Positions 10,311 to 19,591 of a DNA stretch of 64,000 nt are shown here, in pieces. The DNA lies in assembly GCA_963737265.1 (NCBI GenBank), contig CAVTRY010000023.1, positions 160,001 through 224,000 on the forward strand, in the 5' to 3' direction. Each line of letters starts with the position of its first letter. Positions within the stretch are counted from its first letter, which is position 1. The notes beneath the pieces were generated by a model. The model was not told where the DNA came from. It did not search any database and saw nothing but the letters and a program-made list of their open reading frames with translations. This stretch comes from an uncultured delta proteobacterium. GTDB taxonomy: Bacteria > Myxococcota_A > Polyangia > Fen-1088. The position numbers were made by a program, and so were the translations under genes.

Positions 10311-11234
10311 ATGCCGCGGCCACTCCGTTTCATCCCCGAGCGCTCCGTCGTCGAGATCACCACCCGCACGTTGCAGGGAAGGCTGCTACTCAAGCCCTCG
10401 CCCGAGCTTACCGACATCATCCTCGGCGTCATCGGCAAGGCCCAGTCTCTCTACGGCATGACCATCCATGCCTTCGTGTTTTTGAGCACCCACGCGCACT
10501 TTTTGCTTTCGCCCACCAGCGCCGGTCAACTCGCGCTTTTCATGCAGTTCGTGAATGCCAACGTGGCCAAGGAGGCGGGGCGGCTCTATCTGTGGCGCGA
10601 GCGCCTGTGGTCTCGCCGCTACCGTTCCATCGTCGTCGCCGACGAAAGGGCCGCGCACGCGAGACTGCGATACATCCTGGCCCATGGCGCGAAGGAGGGC
10701 CTGGTCGGGTCTCCTGGCGCGTGGCCGGGTCCCAATTGCGTCGCCGCCCTCACCACCGGCGAGATTCTGCGTGGCACCTGGTTCGACCGGAGCGCCGAGT
10801 TTCTTGCCCGCCAGCGCGGCGAGACCGTGTTCTCGTCGCAGTTCGCGACCGCCTTCGACGTCGAGCTCACTCCATTGCCGTGCCTGCAACACTTGACGGC
10901 TGACCAGCGCCAGGCCGAGTGCCGTCGCATGGTCGGCGAGATCCAGTCCAAGACCGAGGCCGAAAACAAGGAGAAGGGACGATCTCCCATGGGTGTCGCC
11001 GCCATCCTCGCCCAAGACCCGCATTCAAAGCCCGCTGCCACGGATCGAAGCCCGGCACCCTTCGTCCACGCAAGCGATGCTGCCACCGAAATGGAGTTCC
11101 GCGTTGGCTACCGTGCTTTCGTCGACGCTTTCCGCGCTGGAGCACTGCGCCTGCGCAACCGCGCCCACGAGATCAGGGAGATGTTTCCCCTCTGGGCCTT
11201 CCCGCCGGCCTTGCCGTTCAACGCACCAGCTTAA
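10311..11234 (+). CDS. REP-associated tyrosine transposase (RAYT/Y1 HUH family)
   Basis: MPRPLR N-terminus, ITTRT, HAFVFLSTHAHFLL (HUH motif), LWSRRYRS, LRYILAHGAKEGLV. Confidence 0.85.
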   Translation: MPRPLRFIPERSVVEITTRTLQGRLLLKPSPELTDIILGVIGKAQSLYGMTIHAFVFLSTHAHFLLSPTSAGQLALFMQFVNANVAKEAGRLYLWRERLWSRRYRSIVVADERAAHARLRYILAHGAKEGLVGSPGAWPGPNCVAALTTGEILRGTWFDRSAEFLARQRGETVFSSQFATAFDVELTPLPCLQHLTADQRQAECRRMVGEIQSKTEAENKEKGRSPMGVAAILAQDPHSKPAATDRSPAPFVHASDAATEMEFRVGYRAFVDAFRAGALRLRNRAHEIREMFPLWAFPPALPFNAPA

Positions 11235-11460
11235 CGCGGCTGGTCTCAACCGCGGTGACTGGATCGCTGGTCGAGTCCGCACGTGGGACTGGTCCGCCCG
11301 CCGCGTGCCAACGCCTGGAGACTCGCTGTTCCGCCGTCTCGCTCGCGGCCCTGGACAGCTCGAAACCGCCAGGTTTCACGAGAAAACGGCCGTCCTGCCC
11401 CTCACCTTTGTCTGCGATCCGCTCGATTGCAGGGGTTCTCGGACGCCGTTTATCCAGCTT

Positions 11461-12205
11461 TCGGAAAGACCCCTTTCGGAAAGACCCTGGCACCACCCAA
11501 GCTCGGAAAGACCCTGGCACCACCCAAGCGCTCGGAAAGACCCTGGCACCACCCAAGCGCTCGGAAAGACCCTGGCACCACCCAAGCGCTCGGAAAGACC
11601 CTGGCACCACCCAAGCGCTCGGAAAGACGCTCGGAAAGACCCTGGCACCACCCAAGCGCTCGGAAAGACGCTCGGAAAGACCCTGGCACCACCCAAGCGC
11701 TCGGAAAGACCCTGGCACCACCCAAGCGGAAAGACCCTGGCACCACCCAAGCCCAAGCCGCGGAAAGACCCTGGCACCACCCAAGCGCACCACCCAAGCA
11801 AGCGCCGCGCGGAAAGACCCTGGCACCACCCAAGCAAGCGCGGAAAGACCCTGGCACCACCCAAGCAAGCCAAGCGGAAAGACCCTGGCACCACCCAAGC
11901 GGAAAGACCCTGGCACCACCCAAGCGCACCGCACCACCCAAGCGCTCGGAAAGACCCTGGCACCACCCAAGCGGCACGACCCAAGCGGCACCACCCAAGC
12001 GGAAAGACCCTGGCACCACCCAAGCGGAAAGACCCTGGCACCACCCAAGCGCACCACCCAAGCGCGGAAAGACCCTGGCACCACCCAAGCGCACCACCCA
12101 AGCGGCGGTTGCACCACCCAAGCGCGGAAAGACCCTGGCACCACCCAAGCGGAAAGACCCTGGCACCACCCAAGCGGGCACCACCCAAGCGGCACCACCC
12201 AAGCG
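11461..12205. repeat. Scrambled tandem array of a ~29-bp unit TCGGAAAGACCCTGGCACCACCCAAGCGC
   Basis: About 20 copies of the core GGAAAGACCCTGGCACCACCCAAGC plus partial copies; no unique spacers. Confidence 0.9.
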
Positions 12206-12226
12206 CCAGTGTGGTAAAGTTATCTC

Positions 12227-12475
12227 ATGGTTGGGCGCTTGAACATTCCTGACGAGACCCTGGTGGCGCTGAAGCTGAGCGCTGATGCCGCCGAGCGTGA
12301 AGTCGTCCTCGTCGCCGCGATCAAGCTGTTCGAGGTGGGGCGGCTGTCCGCTGGTGCAGCAGCGCAGCTTGCGGGGTTGCCCAAGCCCGTCTTCATGACC
12401 AAGTTGGCGGACTACGGCGTGCCGGTGTTCCGGCTGACCGAAGCCGAGATTGCCCGAGACGCCCAGAATGCCTGA
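12227..12475 (+). CDS. UPF0175-family antitoxin-like protein
   Basis: AAIKLFEVGRLSAGAAAQLAGL...FMTKLADYGVPVF; overlaps the downstream PIN gene. Confidence 0.88.
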   Translation: MVGRLNIPDETLVALKLSADAAEREVVLVAAIKLFEVGRLSAGAAAQLAGLPKPVFMTKLADYGVPVFRLTEAEIARDAQNA

Positions 12476-12965
12476 CCCGCGCCGCGTGGCAGTGGCTAAC
12501 ACGTCGCCGCTTCAGTACTTGCACCAGTGCGGCCTGATTGACCTTCTGCCGAAGTTGTACGCGCAGGTTCTGGTGCCTCCCGCTGTCGTCCAAGAACTCG
12601 CCAATGGCCGCTCCCTCGGCTTCGATCTGCCCGACCCGACGACCTACCCGTGGATCCGCGTTGTTCGGCCTGCCAGCATCGCCATCCTGCCCGCGGTGAG
12701 TGACCTCGGCGCGGGTGAGCGGGAAGCCCTTGCCCTGGCTGCCGAGACGCCGGAAACGGTTCTCATCATCGACGACGGTCTGGCTCGTCGCCACGCCGAG
12801 ATCCTGCGTGTGCGGTTCACCGGCACGGCGGGGTTGCTGGTGAAGGCCAAAGGGGAGGGGCTGATCCCGGCGGTTGCGCCTGTCCTGGACCGGTTGGCCG
12901 CGCTCCGCTTCAGGCTCACGCCGGAGACTCGCGCGGCGATATTGCGGCTGGTTGGCGAGGAATAG
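12468..12965 (+). CDS. DUF3368-containing PIN-domain toxin
   Basis: VANTSPL, VPPAVVQEL, LGAGEREALALA, LIIDDGLARR, GTAGLLVKAK. Confidence 0.9.
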   Translation: MPDPRRVAVANTSPLQYLHQCGLIDLLPKLYAQVLVPPAVVQELANGRSLGFDLPDPTTYPWIRVVRPASIAILPAVSDLGAGEREALALAAETPETVLIIDDGLARRHAEILRVRFTGTAGLLVKAKGEGLIPAVAPVLDRLAALRFRLTPETRAAILRLVGEE

Positions 12966-12978
12966 GGGACACGCCGAG

Positions 12979-13339
12979 ATGTCCTCGCTCATCTTCTACA
13001 CAGATCCCGATCAGGCGCTCGTCGTCACTGACACACTGGCTGTCAACACGGATGGATCACCGCTTCACTTCACCAGCAAGGCGCACTACCTTCCGCACCT
13101 CAGGACGATTGTTGCGGACACTGGATTGGATGGCTTCTCCGTCGACTGGGCTATGTCAGTGAACAACCGAATGGCCGTCAGTGGCGTCGAAAATCTAAAC
13201 TACCACGCCCCGCGAGGACTGCGAGACCTGTGGGCCAGGTACAACAGGGACCTACGCCTCCCGGATGACGTGACGACCACGGTCTACCACTTCGGGATTT
13301 CTGAGGGTGGCGGGGGCGTCGTTGCATTGTGTCCTTCCG
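12979..13339 (+). pseudogene. Hypothetical protein truncated by IS66 insertion
   Basis: ORF MSSLIFYTDPDQALVVTDTLAV... runs directly into the GTAAGCG IS66 left end at 13340. Confidence 0.55.
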
Positions 13340-13386
13340 GTAAGCGTGTATGACTCGATGGTGGGAGGCCGGGTACCGTGGGCGGC

Positions 13387-13893
13387 ATGGACACGGAGCG
13401 GATTGAGAAAGGCGAAACACCTCAGACGGCGGCCTCGGAGGCGAAGCGGATCGAGGAGCTACGACGGCGGGTCGAGGAGTGGCGACGGACGCGGGTGCGG
13501 CGGACGCGGGTGCCTGCGGAATTATGGGTGGATGCGATTTGGCTGGCGAAGCGGCTCGGGGCGTATCGGACGGCACGCGCAGTTGGGTTGCCGTACGAGT
13601 CGCTGAAGGGCCAAGTCCGTGCTGCAGGGGCTGCGCACGTGACTTCCAAGGCAGATTTAGGCGGGGGGACGACGGCGGCGGCGGGTGCGGCTGGCAAGCG
13701 CGCCAATGCCCGCAGCGACGAGCGTGTGGGCTTCGTCGAGATTGGACAAATTCGAGTGGCGGGGCACCCGCCAGATGTCTGCGGCACGGTTATCGAGATA
13801 GCAGACGGTGAGGGTCGGCGACTGACATTGCGGCTTGGAGCTGGGATGGCTGTCGACGTGGCGGGAATCTTGGCGGCGTTCGGCCGAGGCTAG
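13387..13893 (+). CDS. IS66 accessory protein TnpA-like
   Basis: WRRTR...RVPAELWVDA HTH, GFVEI, VIEIADGEGRRLTL; directly upstream of tnpB. Confidence 0.8.
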   Translation: MDTERIEKGETPQTAASEAKRIEELRRRVEEWRRTRVRRTRVPAELWVDAIWLAKRLGAYRTARAVGLPYESLKGQVRAAGAAHVTSKADLGGGTTAAAGAAGKRANARSDERVGFVEIGQIRVAGHPPDVCGTVIEIADGEGRRLTLRLGAGMAVDVAGILAAFGRG

Positions 13894-13895
13894 GA

Positions 13896-14258
13896 ATGAT
13901 CCAGATAACGCCACAGATGCGCGTGTTGGTCGCGGTGGAGCCCGTCGATTTTCGCCGCGGCATGGATGGGCTCGCACAGGTCTGCCGCGAGCGCCTGGCC
14001 GCGGATCCGCTGGGGGGCACGGTCTTTGTTTTCCGCAGCCGTCGGCGAAAGTCCGTGAAGCTGCTGGTCTACGATGGGCAGGGATTCTGGCTGTGTCAGA
14101 AGCGACTGACCCAGGGGCAATTCCGCTGGTGGCCCTCGGCCGAGGGCGCGGTCGCGACGACGCTGCAAGCGCATGAGCTGCAGGTCTTGCTGTTTGGCGG
14201 CGATCCGTCGGCGACGCAGGCAGCGCCGGTGTGGCGGCAGGTCGGGCCGGCAAGATAG
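13896..14258 (+). CDS. tnpB: IS66 accessory protein TnpB
   Basis: VDFRRGMDGL, VFVFRSRRR, KLLVYDGQGFWLCQKRL. Confidence 0.93.
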   Translation: MIQITPQMRVLVAVEPVDFRRGMDGLAQVCRERLAADPLGGTVFVFRSRRRKSVKLLVYDGQGFWLCQKRLTQGQFRWWPSAEGAVATTLQAHELQVLLFGGDPSATQAAPVWRQVGPAR

Positions 14259-14322
14259 TCGGCGAGAAAAGAGCTTGCGTTCCAGGGTCCGCTCTGGTAC
14301 GTAGGTCCGCATCGAAACCCTG

Positions 14323-14528
14323 TTGACCCACCGAGGACGCGCGGTGACCGCGGCGGATGTTGAGTTCATTCGCAGCCTCATCGCGGAGCATGCGGAGGCG
14401 AGCCGCCGCCGGCTGTCGGAGAAGCTGTGCGCGGCGTGGGGCTGGACCCAGGCGAACGGTCGGCCTCGGGACATGGTGTGCCGGGGCCTGATGCTGGCAC
14501 TACATCGCGCCGGGCATATTGAGCTACC
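14323..14528 (+). pseudogene. DUF4338 (DruA-like) gene, N-terminal fragment
   Basis: RGRAVTAADVEFIRSLI...SRRRLSEKLCAAWGWTQANG...CRGLMLALHRAGHIELP. Confidence 0.75.
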
Positions 14529-14529
14529 T

Positions 14530-14822
14530 GTATGGAACCACCACCCACGGCATGATCAGAAAACGACTATTGTAGGCCACAAACCCAATGTTCTTTCGCC
14601 GCCACTCCGCCGACCACCCGATGTAGCGGTCGCGTGGGCCCAGGTGCCGCGGCGCCGAACTCCACGCGAAGGCCGCCACTGGCCGCTGCCCCGCCAACAC
14701 CAGATACTTGAGGTGCTCGCCCACCGGCTGCGTGTAGCCCAGGTAGTGGTGCGCCTCCATCAGTCCGTTGAACGTCGTTTCCTCGTGGCTGCGCCGCACT
14801 TGCCGAAACTCCAGCAGGCCTA
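14530..14822 (-). pseudogene. DUF4338 (DruA-like) gene, central fragment in inverted orientation
   Basis: LEFRQVRR...FNGLMEAHHYLGY...GEHLKYLV...RDRYIGWS...NSRFLIMPWV on the minus strand. Confidence 0.8.
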
Positions 14823-15890
14823 GCGAAAAGGATCAAGGTAGCGCACCCGTCGCTCAAGAAGGGCGATTCGTGCCCCGCGTGTTTCAAAGGCAAGGTCTAC
14901 ACGATGGCCGAACCAGCAGTGATCGTGCGCATTGTGGGCATGGCGCCATTGTCCGCCACCGTGCACGAGCTGGATCGTCTGCGCTGCAATCTCTGTGGCG
15001 AAGTCTTTACCGCCCCGGCGCCCGACGGCGTTGGCAGCGCGAAGTACGACGAGACGGCGGCTGCGATGGTCGGCACCGTCAAGTATGGGGCAGGCCTGCC
15101 GTTCAATCGCCTCGAACGGTTGCAGGCCAACATGGGCGTTCCGTTGCCTGCGGCCACGCAGTGGGAAATCGTCGAGCGTGCGGCCGAGCGGCTTGAGCCG
15201 GTCTACAGTGAACCCATTAACCAGGGCGCACAGGGCTCGGTCCTGCACAATGACGATACGCCGGCTAAGATCCTCGAGCTGATGGCCCAGGCCGAGGAGG
15301 ACAAGGAGAAGCCCGACGAGAACGCGACCCGGGTGGGGAAAAGAGCAGGCCTTGACGCCAGCCCGGAAAAACCGGACCGCACCGGCGTGTATACCTCGGG
15401 CATCGTATCCGTCGTCGATGACCATCGTGTCGCCCTGTTTTTCACCGGGCGCAAGCACGCTGGCGAGAACATCGCCGATGTCCTGGCCCGACGCTCGCAG
15501 GAATTGGGCCCCCCCATTCAGATGTGCGACGCCCTCGCCGCAAATACCTCACCAGCAATGCAAACCATCCTGGCTAATTGCCTCAGCCACGCACGTCGCC
15601 GCTATGTCGATGTCGTCGACGACTTTCCCGAGGAGTGTCGTTTCGTCCTAGAAACCCTGCGCGGGGTCTACCACAACGACCAGCTCGCTCGTCAGCGAGG
15701 CCTGTCCACCGAGGATCGACTGGCCTTTCACCAGGCCGAAAGCGCCCCGCACATGAAGTCGCTCGAGGATTGGATGAAGGCGCAGTTCGAAGAGCGCAAG
15801 ACCGAGCCCAATTCTGGCCTCGGCGAGGCCATCGAGTACATGCAGAAGCACTGGCTCAAGCTCACCCTCTTTCTGCGCGTGGCCGGCGCC
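14823..15890 (+). pseudogene. IS66 transposase TnpC, truncated at both ends
   Basis: CPACFKGKVY and LRCNLCG zinc finger, LHNDDT, QMCDAL, CLSHARRRY, LGEAIEYMQKHW; breaks at FLRVAGA before the expected DNN motif. Confidence 0.88.
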
Positions 15891-15951
15891 CGCCCCTGCC
15901 CCCCGCCAAGCAGGGGGCATTCCCGCCCCGCCCCTCTCCGCCGCAGTTAGT

Positions 15952-16848
15952 CCGAAAGCCAAGGGCGGAACTGTTTTCGACGTTGTCACCGACAAGATCA
16001 TCTCGCTACTTGAGCAGGGCACCGCGCCCTGGCGTGCCGACTGGGTCCGCGCCGCAAAGAGGCCCATCTCACTCGTAACCGGGAAGCCCTACAAAGGTAT
16101 CAACCACTTTCTTCTCGGCATGATCTCCCAAATGAGCGGCTATCCTTCGCCTTACTGGCTGACTTTTAAGCAGGTCGGCGAGCGTGGTGGAAAGGTTCGC
16201 AAGGGCCAGAAAGGCAGCCCGTGCTTCTTTTGGAAAGTCTACGACGCAGACGGCGGCGACAGCAACGAGGACACGACCACCGAGGGCAAGAAGCGTTTTG
16301 TCGCGCGTTACTACACCGTCTTCAACGTTGCCCAGTGCGATGGCCTGGAATTTCCTCAGCCAGTGCTGCCCGACCCAACCACTTCAGGCGCAAACCCGAT
16401 CGTTGAGGCGGAGAAGATCGTTGCGGGGTACCACGGCCCGAGCATCGGAACAAAAGGTCTTCGCCCGTGCTACCTCCCACTCACAGACACGGTCGAAATG
16501 CCGGAGCGAACCATGTTCTTCAGTCCGGAAGGCTACTACGCCACGTTGTTTCACGAACTTGTTCATTCAACAGGACACGCGAACCGCCTTGATCGTGATA
16601 TCGAGCAGCCGGCGCCATTCGGCTCGCCTGACTACTCCCGCGAGGAGCTCGTTGCAGAGCTGGGAGCCGCCTTTCTTTCTTCAGAGGCAGGCATCGCCCC
16701 GCCGGTAATCGAGAACCAAGCCGCCTACTTGGCCGGTTGGCTCAAAGTCCTAACGACCGATCGGCGAGCGATCATCACTGCTGCGGCCCAGGCTGAAAAG
16801 GCCGCAGATCTCATTCTCGGCCGCGTGCCGGCGGAGGGAATCAATTGA
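15952..16848 (+). CDS. ardC: ArdC antirestriction / ssDNA-binding protein (native start apparently lost at the IS66 junction)
   Basis: Frame open upstream of 16120: VTDKIISLLEQGTAPW...TGKPYKGIN; WLTFKQ, VRKGQKG, VFNVAQ, HELVHSTGH, YSREELVAELGA. Confidence 0.88.
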   Translation, partial: PKAKGGTVFDVVTDKIISLLEQGTAPWRADWVRAAKRPISLVTGKPYKGINHFLLGMISQMSGYPSPYWLTFKQVGERGGKVRKGQKGSPCFFWKVYDADGGDSNEDTTTEGKKRFVARYYTVFNVAQCDGLEFPQPVLPDPTTSGANPIVEAEKIVAGYHGPSIGTKGLRPCYLPLTDTVEMPERTMFFSPEGYYATLFHELVHSTGHANRLDRDIEQPAPFGSPDYSREELVAELGAAFLSSEAGIAPPVIENQAAYLAGWLKVLTTDRRAIITAAAQAEKAADLILGRVPAEGIN

Positions 16849-17108
16849 AGCTCAACAACGCAGAGGTGGCACTCATCAAGTGTGCTCTCGCTCAGTACCG
16901 AGCGGCGCAGGCAGATCGTGTAAACGCCGTTCGAGGGTCTTGGTGCGACCATTGCGAACGCTGGCGAAGGCAAAAGGATTGCCTCCACGGCTTGTGCTCT
17001 GACTGTTCCGCTCTCCTCGGTGAGATCATTGAGAAGCTGCAACGGTCTCGCTCTTCGAACGAAAAGCCAGAAGCGCCGCCACTCAGCCATCCTGCCATCG
17101 CCGGTTGA
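16845..17108 (+). CDS. Small Cys-rich hypothetical protein
   Basis: TTGA overlap with the ardC stop; CDHC and CSDC motifs. Confidence 0.4.
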   Translation: MKLNNAEVALIKCALAQYRAAQADRVNAVRGSWCDHCERWRRQKDCLHGLCSDCSALLGEIIEKLQRSRSSNEKPEAPPLSHPAIAG

Positions 17109-17526
17109 TACTTAAAGTCTCCACTTCGCCTCTCGAGGCGAGTGGAGACTCTCCATTTTCTAGCGAGGCGCCGGGCGCGGTCCCTGGTTGACCGCGCCAA
17201 GCTCCGGATCTCTACCCCCCTCTTTTCTTCCAAGTCCGACGGTCAATACGCGAATGACGACGACCGAGGGAGCGTCACCCGCACGCTCAGCCGGGGAACT
17301 CCCTGCGCCCCACGCGAACGCCAAGTGCTCATCCATCAGCAACCCTAACTCCGCCGTAGCCTTCCGCAGTACTTCGACATTGTCGCCTTTCAGCGCAACC
17401 TGCACGTTCGTGATCGCATCTGAGACGGTCTGCAAAACCAACCTCGCAAGCCGATACCGGTTTTCTCGAAGAATCCGCCTCGCCTGCGCAACCAGCCCAT
17501 CACCACGGCCGGCACGAGTCAGAACC

Positions 17527-17768
17527 CGCACCTGGTTTCCTACGGGGCCAGTAACATGTTGCTGACCTTCAAGTCCGGAACATCGTCGGCCGGGCAGATC
17601 TACGATGCCGGCACCGGAGCCACCGTGGGCTCGCAGTTCACCATCGCGGTGCCCGACCATCCTTGGCAGTCGTTCAAGCCGTTCCCGGACGGCAGCGTGG
17701 CCTGCGCGGCCGTGGGCTCGGCTTCGGCCACCATCCAGATCGCGCGGGTCATGCCCTGCGCGAACTAG
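17527..17768 (+). pseudogene. C-terminal fragment of a probable secreted protein
   Basis: HLVSYGASNMLLTFKSG...WQSFKPFPDGSVA...IARVMPCAN with host-like codon usage that begins abruptly. Confidence 0.4.
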
Positions 17769-17935
17769 CTGGGGGCTGTCCCGCCGCTTGGCGGCCTAGT
17801 CGGTACACCGCCCCTTTTGCATCACCAGCAGAAACGCCGATAACGCGTCCCAACCAACAGAGGTGCCGGCGCACAGTATCGCCCCGTTCGACCTGTGGTA
17901 CTGTAGCTGCGGCACATCCGCGCTCCTATTTCAGG

Positions 17936-19307
17936 CTACGGGAGAGTCTCCTTCTGGAACTGGGTCCAGGCCGTGTCGACGATCTTCGCCAACCCATAGC
18001 TGCCACAGTGACTGCTGCTTGGAGCAATGCAGAGAGACACCTCCGTATTGGCTGCGCAGGACATATACGTCTGACATATCGAGTTGATCGGATTCGTCAT
18101 CGGCGAACCGGTGCACATGTCGAAGTTCGCCCAGGTTGCGAAGTTCAACTGCGCGCTCGGGAAGACGAAGTCGGACCTGCAAGTGACTCCTGGCGGGCAG
18201 TCCGCATTCCTCACCACCGTCACCCCGCCGTTGTACGGGACGATGGAGTTATCCTGGCCCTCGTCGAAGGCGGTCACCGAGATCGGTCGCGGGAGCATGC
18301 ACGTGCAAGCCGTGTTATTGGTCGGCGTCAGCGCCGCACCGGCCGCCGCGGTGGCCGGATCTGTGCCGGTGACACATCGAAAGTCGACCGGCGCGACTGC
18401 AGCAATCATGTCGGCGGCCTTGCAGGCGAGCATGTAGGCCATGCCACCCCCGTTAGAACAACCGCTCGCGTAGACGCGCTTTGGATCGACGCAAGTGTTG
18501 GTTTCCAGGAACTTGAGCATGTCCCGCGTGAACTGGACGTCATCGAGTGGCTGTTGCTGGGCACCTTCGCAACAGTAACCGACATTCCATCCGTTGCCGC
18601 CATTCGGCCCCGAGTCGGGGAACACGGCGATGCAGCCCACGCTGTCACACTTCTTGTTCCAGCCCGACGAGCCCTCTTGTCCAGCTCCCGTGCCGCCGAG
18701 GGGGTGAAAATCGAAGATCACCGGTAGCGGGGACGATCCGTTGTAGTTCGTCGGCAGGTGGACGATGAACGTTCGTGACTTGCCACCAGAGGTGATGGTC
18801 TCGTTCGTGTCGCCAGCCTTGAGAGTGCCGGAGCAGGCACCTGTCGCTCCTCCGGTTCCAGTCGTTCCCGCGGTTCCGGTCGTACCGCCCCGCCCGGCGC
18901 TCCCCGTCGTACCCGCAGTCCCGGTCGCGCCGCCGCGCCCAGCGCCGCCAGTCACCCCCGAGGTGCCCGTCGTGCCCGCAGTTCCCGTCGTTCCGCCACG
19001 GCCACCTATCCCGGTAGTGCCAGCTGAGCCGGTCGTGCCTGCACTTCCAATGGTTCCAGCTGCTCCGGTGGTCATTGTTCCCGCGCCGCTCGTCCCGGCA
19101 GTACCAGTCGTCCCGCCTCTGCCGGTGGTCCCCGCGCCCGCGCCGGCGCCGCCCGCCCCGGTCCTCCCACCGGATTCCGGCTTCGGTCGAACCGGAGGAT
19201 GCGCAAGCCGAAAGCGAGCCGGCGGCAATCGCGACGGCAAGCAGGGAAAAGGGTCGAAAAGAGCTCGTCACGTTCCTTTGATGACCGCTACCCGACGTCG
19301 AGTTCAT
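17936..19307 (-). CDS. Secreted lipoprotein esterase, PHB-depolymerase/LpqC (CE1-like) family, with Gly/Thr linker (frameshift at ~19175)
   Basis: Lipobox LSAC in ORF 19307; GTTGTAG repeats; PLPVIFDFHPLG, WNVGYCC, DDVQF, RVYASGCSNGG nucleophile motif. Confidence 0.8.
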
Positions 19308-19591
19308 CGAACGCCTCCTTTGTGGATTGCGGCGTCCGTCCCGGCAAGCTACCGACTCGGGCGCTACCTGGACCGAAGGCTAGGCCGCATATCGTTGCTG
19401 TGTCAACCGGCTGTTGTATCCACTGTATCCACAAGACGGCTCGACGCGACCGATCCTATCGCGCAATCGATGCCGGCCACTCCGTCCACCTGCTTCTCAC
19501 CGTCCATTTCGGGTCTGGAAGGGGCCTTCCAGAGTACAATCGGCGCCCTGCACCCTTCGCCCCCCACCCCCGCCGCAACCCTGGAGTAGCG

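Larger units (their letters stand above)
13340..15890 (+). mobile_element. IS66-family element with DUF4338 passenger gene; internally inverted/deleted, right end missing
   Basis: Starts GTAAGCG; gene order tnpA-tnpB-DUF4338-tnpC; no matching right IR seen. Confidence 0.8.

Noticed and set aside
11461-12205. CRISPR array
   Set aside because: Repeats abut or are separated only by fragments of themselves; no unique spacers and no cas genes in the window
10919-12252. Long repetitive ORFs in six frames (ERPWHHPS, KDPGTTQA)
   Set aside because: By-product of a stop-free DNA repeat; no RBS or domain content
13896-14258. RNA-guided TnpB nuclease
   Set aside because: This is the unrelated 120-aa IS66 accessory TnpB with no RuvC motifs
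14323-14822. Druantia defence system
   Set aside because: Only a broken DUF4338 gene inside an IS66; no DruE helicase or other dru genes
19199-19591. 131-aa N-terminal extension of the DUF499 ATPase
   Set aside because: Overlaps the divergent esterase start; a good RBS and family-like N-terminus begin at 19592
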